Shown here piece after piece: positions 51,373 to 63,460 of a DNA stretch of 64,000 nucleotides. A model generated the notes under the pieces. It searched no databases, was not told the DNA's origin, and worked only from the letters and a program-made list of their open reading frames with translations. Origin of the DNA: Chiloscyllium plagiosum (lineage: Eukaryota). The stretch spans positions 34,027,981 to 34,091,980 of the forward strand of contig NC_057719.1 of NCBI RefSeq assembly GCF_004010195.1, read 5' to 3'. The translations under genes were made by a program, and so were the position numbers. Position 1 is the stretch's first letter; each line of letters opens with the position of its first letter.

Positions 51373-52129
51373 GATTCTGGATTAGTGGTGCTGGTAGAGC
51401 ACAGCAGTTCAGGCAGCATCCAAGGAGCAGTAAAATCGATGTTTCGGGCAAAAGCCCTTCATCAGGAATAAAGGCAGAGAGCCTGATGCATGGAGAGATA
51501 AGCTCGAGGAGGGTGGGGGTGGGGAGAAAGTAGCATAGAGTACAATAGGTGAGTGGGGGAGGGGATGAAGGTGATAGGTTAGGGAGGAGAGGATGGAGTG
51601 GATAGGTGGAAAAGGAGATAGGCAGGTAGGACAAGTCCGGACAAGTCATGGGGACAGTGCTGAGCTGGAAGTTTGGAACTAGGGTGAGGTGGGGGAAGGG
51701 GAAATGAGGAAACTGTTGAAGTCCACATTGATGTCCTGGGGTTGAAGTGTTCCGAGGCGGAAGATGAGGCGTTTTTTCCTCCAGGCTCTGGTGGTGAGGG
51801 AGCAGCGGTGAAGGAGGCCCAGGACCTCCATGTCCTCGCAGAGTGGGAGGGGGAATTGAAATGTTCGGCCACGGGGCGGTGTGGTTGATTGGTGCGGGTG
51901 TCCCGGAGATGTTCCCTAAAGCGGTCAGCTAGGAGGCGCTCAGTCTCCCCAATGTAAAGGAGACCGCATCGGGAGCAACGGATACAATAAATGATATTAG
52001 TGGATGTGCAGGTCAAACTTTGATGGATGTGGAAGACTCCTTTAGGGCCTTGGATGGAGGTGAGGGAGGAGGTGTGGGTGCAGGTTTTACAGTTCCTGCG
52101 GTGGCAGGGGGAGGTGCCAGGATGGTAGG
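51373..52129 (-). mobile_element. Penelope-like element 3' part: GIY-YIG endonuclease and terminal repeat with type-A hammerhead
   Basis: ORF 51579-52016 TCTSTNIIYCIRCSRCGLLYIGETERLLADRFREH...VAEHFN; hammerhead at 51436-51465; TSD atgaggaacct/atggggaacct. Confidence 0.9.
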
Positions 52130-52199
52130 ATGGGGAACCTTATCAAACATCTTACTGAAATCTATATGTACCACATCAACCACTTTACCCTCATCCACC

Positions 52200-52530
52200 C
52201 TCGCACCTTCAATGCATTATCTGGGCCGACATGGCACCTGTTGTTAAAGTTCATTTGAGAATGTAACTTTTAAAAAAGAAATTCTGGGATTTACATATGA
52301 AAGAACTGAAACCAACATGGTCATTCAAAAAGATGAGAGACTTAACAAACAATCCAGGTCTTTCTCAATATATAATTTCAGTTACATCACATTTTAAACT
52401 TTTACTATAAATTCTGTGTATTATGATCTTATACTCCACAACCAGCTGATGAAGGAGCGGCGCTCCGAAAGCTAATGCTTCCAAATAAACCTGTTGGACT
52501 ATAACCTGGTGTTGTGTGATTTTTAACTTT
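52200..52530 (+). mobile_element. PLE 3' end, type-D family
   Basis: Flanked by atccacc (52193-52199, 52531-52537); contains a hammerhead and the aataaacctgttggactataacctgg tail. Confidence 0.75.
52446..52474 (+). ncRNA. Minimal hammerhead (type D), intact core
   Basis: CUGAUGA-A-GGAGC-GGC-GCUCC-GAAA-GCUA. Confidence 0.75.
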
Positions 52531-52560
52531 ATCCACCTGTTTGGTCACCTTCTGAAAGAA

Positions 52561-53033
52561 GCTTAAAAACATGTTGCTGGAAAAGCGCAGCAGGTCAGGC
52601 AGCATCCAAGGAGAAGGAGAATCGATATTTCGGGCATAAGCCCTTCTTCAGGAATGAGGAAGGTATGGCCAGCAGGCTAAGATAAAAGGTAGGGAGGAGG
52701 GACTTGGGGGAGGGGCGTTGGGATAGGTGGAAGGAGGTTAAGGGGAGGGTGATAGGCCGGAGAGGGGGTGGGGGCGGAGAGGTCGGGAAGAAGATTGCAG
52801 GTGAAGAAGGCGGTGCTGAATCTGAGGGTTGGGACTGAGAAAAGGTGGGGGGAGGGGAAATGAGGAAGCTGGAGAAATCTGCATTCATCCCTTGTGGTTG
52901 GAGGGTTCCTAAGCGGAAGATGAGGCGCTCTTCCTCCAGGCGTCATGTTGCCATGGTCTGGCGATGGAGGAGTCCAAGGACCTGCATGTCCTTGGCTGTG
53001 TGGGAGGGGGAGTTAAAGTGATATTGAGTTATT
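52561..53033 (-). mobile_element. PLE 3' part (type B) with 16-bp TSD
   Basis: tcaccttctgaaagaa at 52545-52560 and 53034-53049; hammerhead ctgaagaagggcttatgcccgaaatatc at about 52622-52650 (-). Confidence 0.88.
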
Positions 53034-53744
53034 TCACCTTCTGAAAGAACTCAATAAGGTTTGTAAGGCATGACCTACTCTTCACAAAACCTTGTTGACT
53101 ACACCTAATCAACTTATTCCTCTCTTAATGATTATAAATCCTATCTCTTATAACCCTTTCCAACACTTTACCCACAACCAAAGTAAGGCTCACAGGCCTA
53201 TAATTACCAGGGTTAGCTCTACTCCCCTTCTTGAACAAGGGAACAACATTTGCTCTCCTCCAGTCTTCTGGCACTACTCCTGTAGACAATGACAACATAA
53301 AGACCAAAGCCAAAAGCTGGGCAATCTCCTCCCTGGTTTCCCAGAGATTCCTAGGATAAATCCCATCCGGTCCAGGGCTCTTATCTATTTTGACACATTC
53401 CAGAATTGCTAATAGCTCCTCCTTATGCAACTCAATCACAACTAGTCTAATGGTGTGTATCTCAGTATTGTCCTCAACCACATTGTCTTTTTCTAGTGTG
53501 AATACTGATGAAAGGTATTCATTTAGCACTTCTGCTATCTCCCCTGACTCCACAGACAACTTCCCACTACTATGCATGATTGGGCCGAATCTTACTCTCG
53601 TCATTTTTTTATTCCTGATGTATCTATAGAAAGCTTTAGGGTTTTCCTTGATCTATCCTTCAGTGGCTTCTCATGTCCCCTCCTGGCTCTTTGTAGCTCT
53701 CTCTTTAGGTCTTTCCTGGCTAACTTGTAACTCTCGTTGCAGAT

Positions 53745-54065
53745 GGATGCAGAGTTTTTTTCCCTCTGGTCAGAAGGGCCAGAACAAAGAGTTACAGTCA
53801 CATGATAAAGGGTCAGCTATTTTGGACTGAGATGATAAGAAATTTCTTCATTCAGAGGGTGGTGACTCTGGGGAATTCTCTATGACAGAAGACTGTGAAG
53901 GCCAGTTTACTGAATATGTTTAAGAAAGAAAAAAAGTTTATAAAGCTAAAGGTGTCAATGTGTATGGGGAGAGCACAGGACATTGGCATTGAGCTGGAGG
54001 ATAAATCATGTTCTTGTTGAATGGACCAAATCTGGTCCTTTCCCACTCCAATTTTCTATGTTTCT
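53745..54065 (+). mobile_element. CR1 3' end, decayed
   Basis: aatttcttcattcagagggtggtgactctggggaattctc; tail ttctatgtttct. Confidence 0.7.
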
Positions 54066-54574
54066 GTGAACAAATCGCCAAAGAATCAAGCGAAATTCAG
54101 GAAAATCTGGTGAGATGTTGAACAAGTTAACATCCAGAGCAAAGAGTGCATTTTTCAATGAAGTCCTGGATCTCAAGACAAGATTCCAGTTCATAAGCAG
54201 AAAGAGGCCTATCAGCTGGGGTTATCAGTGATTACCACCCTATTACTACCTAACCTTATGTCATTAGTATGCAGGCTTCCATTCTCTCAGCCATTAGCTA
54301 GAAATGAGACACTAAGAATTCCCAGTATGACAGTCCAGCACACTGCTTTCTCCTTCGACCTTTATCTTTGACCAGGCACCAACATTTCAGGGCATGTGCC
54401 ATGTCTATGGGCACACACACCCTACTTCTCCAGACATTGGCATCTGACATGTACCAGCCTCATGACATTATTATGGCACACCTCAATAATGTACTTTGGA
54501 ATGAACTGGCATCTGCCATTGTAATTCTGTTGCAAACATACTTTACATGGGCTGGTCATGGGTTAGTTTAAAGA

Positions 54575-57500
54575 GGATTTCTGGGCTGTTCAATCAGTCT
54601 ATAATTACCTGGAGTATCCCTGCTACCCTTCTTAAACAAGGGGACAACATTAGCAATTCTCCAGTCCTCCGGGACCTCAAGGATGCTGTAAAGATATCTG
54701 TTAAAGCCCCAGCTATTTCCTGTCTCACTTCCCTCAGTAACCTGGGATAGATCCCAACCGGACCTGGGGAATTGCCTACCTTAATGCTTTTTAGAACACC
54801 CAAAACTTCCTCCCTCCTTATGCCGACTTGACCTAGAGTACTCAAAGATCTATCCCTAACCTCAACATCGGTCATGTCCCTCTCCTCGGTGAATACTGAT
54901 GCAAAATACTGGTTCAGAATCTCACCCATTTTTTCTGACTCCATGCATAACTTTCCTCCTTTGTCCTGAGTGGGCCACCCCTTTCTCTAGTCACGCTCTT
55001 GTTCCTTTATATGAAAAAAAGGCTTTGGAATTTTCCTTAACCCTGTGTGCTAAAGAGATCTCATGGCCCCTTTTAGCCCTCTTAATTCCTCATTTCAGAT
55101 TGGTCCTACATTCCAGATATTCTTCCAAAGCTTTGCCTGTCTTCAGTAGCCTGGATCTTATGTATGTATCCTTTTTCCTCTTAGCTGGTCTCACAATTTC
55201 ACCTGCCATCCATGGTTCCCTAACCTTGCCATTTCGATCTCTCATTTTCACAGGAACATACCTCTCCTGCACTCTAATTAATCTCTCTTTAAAAGCCTCT
55301 CAAATATCAAATGTGGATTTACCTTCAAACAGCTGCTCCCAATCTACATTTGCCAGCTCCTGCTGAATTTCGATATAATTGGCCTTCCTCCAGTTAGCAC
55401 TCTTCCTTTAGGACCACTCTTGTCTTTATCCATGAGTATCCTAAAACCTACAGAATTGTGATCACTATTCCCAAAGTAGTCCCCTACTGAAACATCAACC
55501 ACCTGGGCAGGCTCATTTCCTAACACCAGGTCCACTACGGCCTCTTCTCAACGTGGAAAATTTACATATTGCTCGAGAAAACCCTCCTGGATGCTCCTTA
55601 CAAATTCTGCTCCATCTAGACCTCTAACATTAAGTGAATCCCAGTCAATATTGGAAATATCAAAATCTCCTACCACCATCACCCTGTTGCTCCTACATCT
55701 TTCCATGATCTGTTTACATATTTGTACTTCTATCTCACATTTGCTGTTGGGAGGCCTGTAGTACAGCCCCAACATTGTTACTGAGCTCTGAGGCCTGTAG
55801 TGCAGCCCCTATTTCTGAGCTCTGCCCATTTTGCCTCACTGCTCAAGTCTTCCATAGTGCCCTCCTTCAACACAGCTGTGATATTCTCTCTGACCAGTAA
55901 TGCAACTCCTCCACCCCTTTTACCTCCCACTCTATCCTGTCTGAAGCATCGAAGTCCTGGGACATTTAGTTGCCAATCATGCCCTTCCCTCAACCAAGTC
56001 TCAATAATAGCAAAAGCATCATGCTCCCAGATACTAATCCAAGCCCTAAGTTCATCCGCCTTACCTACTATACTTCTTGCATTAAAATAAATGCACCTCA
56101 GACCAGCAGTCCCTTTGCATTCATCATCTGCTCCCTGCCTACTCTTCCCCTTAGTCACGCTGACTTCATTATCTAGTTCCTTCCAGGCTTTAGTTACTGC
56201 TTCCTTACTTCCTCTAACCTCATTTGGCTCCCAACCCCCAAGCACATTAGTTTAAACCCTCCCCAACAATGTTAACAAAAGCGCCCCCAAGGACATTGGT
56301 TCATTTCCAGCCCAGGTAGAGATATCCAACTTGTTAAAGGCCCACCTCCCCCAGATCCGGTCCCAATGTGCCAAAAATCTCAAGCTACACATTCATCCTG
56401 AATATTCTGTCATTCCTACTCTGACTAGCGCGTGACACTGGTAGCAGCAATCCTGAGATTACTACCTCTGAGGTCCTACTTTTTAACTTGGCTCTTAACT
56501 CCCTAAATTCTGCTTCTAGGACCTCATCCCGTTTTTTTACCTACATCATTTGTGCCTATATGCACCATGACAACTGCTGTTCATCCTCTCCCTTGAGAAT
56601 ATTCTGCAGCTGATCTGCGACTTCCCTGATCCGTGTACCTGGGAGGCAATAAACTGCTCAGAAGTCTCATTTTTGTCCACAGAACCACCTATCTAATCCC
56701 CTTCCAGTTGAATTCCTTATGAATACAGCCCTTCCACTCTTTTTCCTGCCTTCTGTACAGCAGAGCCAGCCAAGGTGCCTGGCTACTGCTGCCTTCCCCT
56801 GGTGAGCCAACTCCCCCAACAGTATCCAAAACGGTACACCTGTTTTGGAGGGAGATGACCGCAGGGGGACACCTGCACTGCCTTCCTGCTCTTTCCCAGC
56901 CTTTTGGTCACCCATTCCCTTTCTCCCTCAGAAATCCTAATTTGTGGTGTGACCAATTCACTAAACGTGCTATCCGCAACCCCCTCAGCATCGTGTATGC
57001 TCCCAAGTGAGTCCATCCGCTGCTCCAGAGCCGTCATGCAGTCTAACAAGAGCTGCAGCTGGACACACTTCCTGCATGTGAAGGAGTCAGGAACATCAGT
57101 TGTGTCCCTGAGCCATCACATTGAGCAAGAGGAGCATAACACGGGTCTGAGATCTCCTGCCATTTTTAACCTTAAATTTAACTTAAGTCTTAGCTTAGGT
57201 AAATGAAAAAGGAAAGGTTTTACCAAAGCACCGATAAAACAATAAAAAAGGGAAATAGAAAAACGTTACCTGATTAACTCACCACAGAGTCCTTTTTCTT
57301 GGTTAGAGGAGGGCGGGTGGGAGACACTACACATGCAGTGTCTCAGGTTCAGCCGCTACCCAAATAAAATAGTTTCACTCACCTTCCCAGCAGCCCACTG
57401 GTTCTCGCTCCCACCTTTCGACAAATGGAGGGCCCGATGCCTGAGGTAAGTTATCTTAAATGGTTTCACTCACCTTCCCAACATCCCTTCAGTCCTCACT

Positions 57501-57612
57501 CTCACCTCCCGACAAATGAAGGCTCCGACGCCTGAGGTAAACTTTTTTAAACAGTTTCACTCACCTTCCCAGCAACCCTTTGGTCCTCACTCTTACCTCT
57601 CGTCAAATGGAG
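54575..57612 (-). mobile_element. CR1 5' half: 5' UTR, ORF1 remnant, APE endonuclease; ends near the NYRP motif
   Basis: ORF 55778-56245 RCIYFNARSI..KADELRAWI..W..D..AI.ETWL; GLYYRPPN, VVGDF, LDLVLGNE..SDHNSV; ORF1-like CRKCVQLQLLLD.MTALE near 57030-57075. Confidence 0.92.
57372..57610 (-). repeat. 91-bp tandem monomers (about 2.6 copies) at the CR1 5' end
   Basis: gtttcactcaccttccc at 57372, 57463 and 57554. Confidence 0.85.
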
Positions 57613-58424
57613 TTGGGCAAGTTTAGTAAGTTTAGACAATCCATATAAGCTATATTCATTTGGCAGAACATTTAAAAGATATCCAATTGTTACATGAATA
57701 GGAACAGTTTACAGGGATATGGACCAAATGCTGGAAAATGGGACCAGATTAATCTTGGATATCTGGGTGGCATGGACGAGTTGGACTGAATGTGCTATAC
57801 ATCTCTATGACTCTGTGACTCATTGTGTTTCTCTTATCTATCCACTTTGTTATTTCTTTGTTGAATTCTACCTAAATCAATCAAACCTGATGTACTCTTT
57901 AGAAGTCTATACTGACTGGCCCTGTTTAATTCATGTTTCTCCAAGCTCCTAGTAATTACATCAACATTATAGGCTTTAAAGGTAGACTTTTTCTTCCACT
58001 TTTACAATCGCCAGTCTGTGCTTTTCTGCTCAATAAAATGAATGGATAGAAAATCATTGGCTGGCAAGCAGTGAGAGACATAAATTCCCTAGACAATAAT
58101 TAACCAAAGTGAAGGAAAACTAATTTGTCTATAACTCTCATAATTATAAAAACTCCAAGAACTCGACTACTCACTTATGTGTTGTAAATGTAAGTAAATT
58201 TTAATTTTAAGCAACATTACTTGCACTTCTCTGTAAACAGACAAACCATCATACTACGGTTTGTCTAACTTTAGACATTTGGAAATGCTTGGCTTCAGAT
58301 GTGCTGAATTGTGAAACAGAATAGATTCATGCCTTAGTAATTTTCCTCCGCGTGCCAGTTACTAAATTATCTCCCGTATAATAGATTTCTGTACAGATAA
58401 GATTTCTGTACAGGTAAAACTGCA

Positions 58425-59015
58425 GACCTGGGTACAGCAGATAACTCAAATCCCAAGAGAAATATGACTAAAGATGCCTCTGCAAAATCCTACAAATCTA
58501 ATTGCAGGATAACCACCCCAATATCAACTTCCGATATCAGGCCAACATCCCCAGCATCAAGACATTAATTATCGTCAATCTGCTGTATTGGGCAGCCCAC
58601 ATTGTCCACATTCCTGACACAAGTCTTCAAAAACACCCCTTCCCCCAAGCTCCACCATGACAAGCAGTTGCCAGGAAGGCAGAGGAAATGCTTTAAAAAC
58701 ATCTTTAAAACCTCTCAAAAAAATTGCAATTTTCCCAGTGACCTGTCAATATCTTCTGCTCAAGATGACCCACACTAGCAAAGAGGCTTCCATGAAGTTT
58801 CCAAACATCTCAATAATCTCTGGCAGGAACCACGTGAAAACATTGCACAAACAGCAAAAGGAGCCGATGAAAACCTGAGCACCCCAACTGCCATCTCTTC
58901 AAATATACCTGTGACAGGGTGTGTGGATTCAGCATTGAACCGTTTAGTCATCTCAGAACCCACAAAGTCAGAGTGGTGAGACCCTCCTTCAGATTCCAGA
59001 CACTGCCTAAGAAGG
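58425..59015 (+). mobile_element. RTE-clade LINE 3' fragment
   Basis: LCKILQI..QD.....QANIPSI..LI...LLYWAAHIVHIPDT.L.K resembles RTE LR.IL.I.WQD...QLRWAGHV.RM.D.RLPK; tail actgcctaagaag. Confidence 0.75.
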
Positions 59016-59840
59016 AAAGTACTCTTCAGTACAGAGTATCAACCCAATTATAAAACAAGTATTTAAATGAAAGTAGGCATCAGTGCTTATTGCAGTGGGA
59101 TTTCTAGAAGACGGTGCAACAAAGCACATGGTAGATTGTGCATTTGGTAAATTCAATAACTGTAACAAATAATCAGCTGCTATCACTCTGAGCATCTGGG
59201 AAAGATCTCACTGGAAGATAATCACCTGGAATTTCTGTCTGCTGCAGTACCTTGGAAAAATGGAGAAAACTGCTTTTTGCACTAGTTTTCTTCTACTTGA
59301 ACGTTTGCTGAAAATAAGGCAGGGGAGAAAGTGAATCCCATGGAAATTCACCCTCAATAGAGTTCAGCTTAGATAAAGCCTGTAATGAGATCAGCAGTAG
59401 CACCAACGCAAATGAAAGCAGACATCAATGAGCAAGTTATTGTTTAGCAAGTGCAGCTTGTCAAATGACATCATCTGTTGAAGGAACTACAATGCAGAAC
59501 AAGGTTCAGAAGTCACGATGTGCTGACATTAGATCCTGCTATAGTTTGACTGTCAGTCTTTTGCTAATGTTTACACTTTCAAGCTCAATTATTTGAAATC
59601 CTTTCAAGAGCTGAACATAATCAAATGGTCGCTCTCAAAGAAAAGCCTATTGTCTTCCTTTAACTTGGAATGGTATAGGTGTGAACAGTCAAAAAATTGT
59701 ATCTTTTTTTGTATCATTTCTAAAACAATGGCCTTAAAGTTGTATGGCTGGTAGTTTCAGATTTGTGATTGCTATATCCAGTCACTGTGGACATGACCCA
59801 GCCATTCAGAAACTTGAGTTTTTCACATTGTAGTCAAATA

Positions 59841-60131
59841 TTAGATTCCCTACAGTATGGAAACACACTGACCCTATGAAGAGTAATCCACCCAGACCCT
59901 TACCTGTATTTACCTCTGACTAATGCACCTAACACTATGGGCAATTTAGCATGGCCAATTCACCTGACCTGCACATCTTTGGACTGTGGGAGGAAACCGG
60001 AGCACCCGGAGGAAACCCACACAGACACAGGGAGAAGGTGCAAACTCCACACAGACAGTAGCCCGAGGCTGGAATCAAACCAGGGTCCCTGGCACTGTAA
60101 GGCAGCAATTTAACCACTGAGCCACCGTGCC
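59841..60131 (-). mobile_element. HE1/V-SINE, well preserved
   Basis: Minus strand ggcacggtggctcagtggt...ggtttgattccagcctcggg...gtgggtttcctccgggtgctccggtttcctcccacagtccaaag. Confidence 0.9.
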
Positions 60132-60189
60132 AAAGCTAGCAGATTATTGCATCAATCAGTACGTAAGTGTTTTTACACCAAAGTGATTT

Positions 60190-60502
60190 TTATTTGTTTA
60201 TTCATTCATGGAATTAGGGCATTGCTGGCAAGGCAGCATTTATCGCCCATCCCTAATTGCTCAGTTAAGTCAACTGCATTGCTGTGAACCTGGAGTCACA
60301 TGTAGGTTAGACCCTAAAGTTTCTTCCCTAAAGTGCAATAGGAAGCAGATGACAATCGATTTGACTCTTAATTACAGATTTCTTTTTTGATTGATTTCAA
60401 ATCCAGCTATCGGCCATGGCAGGATTCAAACCCATGTCCCCAGAACATTATCGGAGCTTCAGGATTAACAGCCCAGCAATAATACCACTAGGCCATCACC
60501 TC
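60190..60502 (-). mobile_element. tRNA-headed SINE with the old-LINE tail
   Basis: Minus-strand head gatggcctagtggtatt...gggtttgaatcc; tail aattagggatgggcgataaatgctgcc...catgaatgaataa. Confidence 0.65.
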
Positions 60503-60616
60503 ACCTTTACCTTAACACTCTAGCTAATGGTATCTCTTAAGTTGATAATACTTTTATGATACAATGGACATAACCCTTACCAGCATCTTTCTAAGATATC
60601 ATCCAACTCGCAGGTC

Positions 60617-61220
60617 AAAGAGTCATAGAGATGCATAGCAGGGAATAGACCTTTCGGACCAACTCAACCATGCCGACCTATATCCTAAATTAATCCAGCC
60701 CGATTTGCCAGCACTTGGTCCATATCCCTCTAAACCCTTCCTATTCATATACCCATCTAGATGCCTCTTAAATGTTGTAATTTTACCAGCCTCCACCACT
60801 TCTTCTGGCAGCTCATTCCATTCATGCACCACCCTCTGTGTGAAAAAGTTGCTCCTTAGGTCTTTTTTATATTTTTCCCCTCTCATCCTAAACCTATGCC
60901 CTCTAGTTCTGGACTCCCCCAACCCAGGGAAAATACCTTGTCTATTTACCCTATCCATGCCCCTAAGATCATATAAACCTCTATAAGATTACCTCTCAGC
61001 CTCTGACTCTTCAGGGAAAATTGCTCCAGCCTATTCAGCCTCTCCCTATAGCACAAATCCTCCAACCCTGGCAACATCTTGTAAACCTTTTCTGAACCCT
61101 TTCAAGTTTCACAGCAGAATTGCACACAATATTCCCAAAAGTGGCTTAACCCATGTCCTGTACAGTCGCAGCATGCTCTCCCAATTCCCATACTCAGTGC
61201 TCTGACTGATAAAGGAAAGT
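60617..61220 (-). mobile_element. CR1 3' fragment
   Basis: ORF 60623-60958 SRTRGHRFRMRGE...FFTQRVV..WNELPEEVV. Confidence 0.9.
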
Positions 61221-61519
61221 TGATTGCTAATTATATTTAATTGGCTTGCGATGTGTTATTGGAAAAAGTAGGAGTTTGGAGGAGCTTGTTAAAGTTGATG
61301 AAGTCTGCAAGAGGAGGGTGCATGGATTCTAAGCAAGCACACTCCTCCAATCACAGGAGCAGTATTTAGCAACTGTAATTCACCACTGTACTCCCACTTG
61401 GAAGCACAACATCAGCCTCAGAGCCTGAGTGAGGGCAGTGCTGTCAATGCCTGATTGAGACTGTGACATGGATTGTACTTTTGAATAAATCTTTTCACAT
61501 TAAAAGAGGTAACAAAGTA

Positions 61520-62054
61520 AACATCTCACAGTTTTCACCATGGAAAGCATACTGCCCAAGATGCATTATGGCTTGGTATGACAACGGCTCTGCTTGGACT
61601 GTATAAAACTACAGAAAGTTGTGTACACAGCCCAGACCATCGCGGAATCAAACTTCCCATCCATGGACTCAGTTTACACTTCTCGTTGCCATGGAAAGAC
61701 TGCCAACATCATCAAGACTGCCCTGCTACCTTGATAATGCTCTCTTCCAATCTCTTCTATCAGGCAGAGGATACAAAAGCTTGAACTCACGCACCATCTG
61801 ATTCAAGGACAGCTTCTTCCCTGCTGTTATTAGATTGATGAATGGATGTCTCTAACTTCAAATAATGTTGATCCTGCTAATGTTGATCTTGCTTTGTGCT
61901 CCTCCTGTGCAGCCGTAGCCTTGCATAACTCACTCTGTCTGAGCACCCTCTGATCTGTATGTCCTTGTTTGCTAGATCTGCCTGAACTGTTCGCAAAACA
62001 AAGCTTTCACTGTACGTAGGTACATGTGACTGCAATAAATCAAATCAAATCAAA
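61520..62054 (+). mobile_element. Rex1/Babar LINE 3' fragment
   Basis: TMESIL..CIMAWY....KLQKVV.TAQ.I...LLSGRGYKSL; tail (aaatc)n. Confidence 0.8.
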
Positions 62055-62439
62055 AACATGTATCCAACCCTGGGATTTAACATATCAACACTAGTTCATT
62101 ATATTCTGGACAATAGGGTCAATTAGTGCTATCTTCTGCCTTACTTGATCGCTCTGTGAAACCCATACATCCCACCCTGTTCTTTGGCTGCTGTACCAGC
62201 ACAGGGTCAAATATTACAAATCACTGAGTGCAGCTTAAAGGCACCCTGAATCTCAAGTGCATATATATGACATATATATGCAACAGATTTCTGGAGTAGT
62301 TTGACAGTTATCTTTACACTCAATACTCCACGAGCCAATAGACTTATGTCACAATCATTGCTAATAGCCCAGAAAGTTTTCTTTTCCCTCACACCAATGC
62401 ACTGGTTCTGAGTCCCTGGTTGCAGCCACCTGAAATCTG

Positions 62440-63460
62440 CCCTGCCTAGGCCATACACGCCAGGAGATGGAGAAGAGGGAGTAACATTGCAGCCCTAATG
62501 AAGAGCCCCATCAATTGATGTGACCATGGAAACTACTAGATTAGAGACAGCTACTGCATGGGGGCAAGCTTAGAAATTGAATCAGCATATGATGAGTCAT
62601 CTGAGCATGAAGTGGTCTTCAACCAAGCCACAGGTAAGAGAGAGTTTCATTGCCCGCTCAGGGTGATTTGCTAGATTGCTCCACATTTGATATGGACAGG
62701 TCGAGGTGTGACAGAGGAGTTGGTGACCTATCCACATAAACCTGCCACATTTGTAAAGTCTTTAGATCTGTGACATGATGTGGAGATGGAGTAGAGGCTG
62801 CAGAGAGGTTAGGCTCTGTGCCATCTCTCTACCAACTTGAAGTCAGACTGGTGCTTGTGCTTTCCAAGTGACAAGAGACTGTTTAGTAGCCTTGTCATTT
62901 TGATCTGCATGATCATTCAGTACTCCTGATCAAGGTCCTGACTACTGGCACCAGAGCGAATATTCAGAATTCTATAATCCAAACTGGAACTGTGGCAGGA
63001 GGGACATATGTAACTATACAGCTTGAACAGGAGTTGAGATAACAAAACGGCTCAGTTCTACTTATCTTGAGTCCTTCTGTAATTGCAGCCAGCAACGTAG
63101 ATGGTGATATTCATTCACTGCGTAATTTGTGAGGTGAGGAGACAAGACTGATCTGACTGATCTGTTTTAGTAAGTGCTGACAGTCTAGAGGAGTATGGTA
63201 TGATCCTGTCGATCATCATCTCTGGCGAAGAGGACATTGGTGCACTTTATCATGTTTGAGTTGGTTACTAATGACCAATGAAGAACATTACCCACTACCT
63301 GACTGCCCACTCCTGGATGTCCTGAGCTTGTTCATTATTGAAGGTGTTGTGAATGGAGTCCAATATTGTGGACTTGCCACCAGACAAATGGATTTCTGAC
63401 CTTATCCCAACACAAAACTGCATTATGTATAATGAATAGAATTACCTGGTGAACAAGCTG
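62440..63460 (-). mobile_element. Decayed old LINE RT region
   Basis: Resembles the minus-strand version of 24505-24680 and 46830-47220 (..ggtgaggag, atgtcctgagct.., tccacataaacc). Confidence 0.45.

Larger units (their letters stand above)
50665..53735 (-). mobile_element. CR1 ORF2 (RT) copy split by three PLE insertions
   Basis: ORFs 53125-53604 (KSPGPDGIYPR...NPGNYRPVSLT), 52013-52198 (VDVVHIDFSKMFDKVPH) and 50697-51206 (GPLFFVIYIN...SKFADDTK). Confidence 0.92.

Noticed and set aside
50665..57612. One full-length active CR1
   Set aside because: The two parts overlap in ORF2 coordinates and differ in sequence, and both contain stops and frameshifts.
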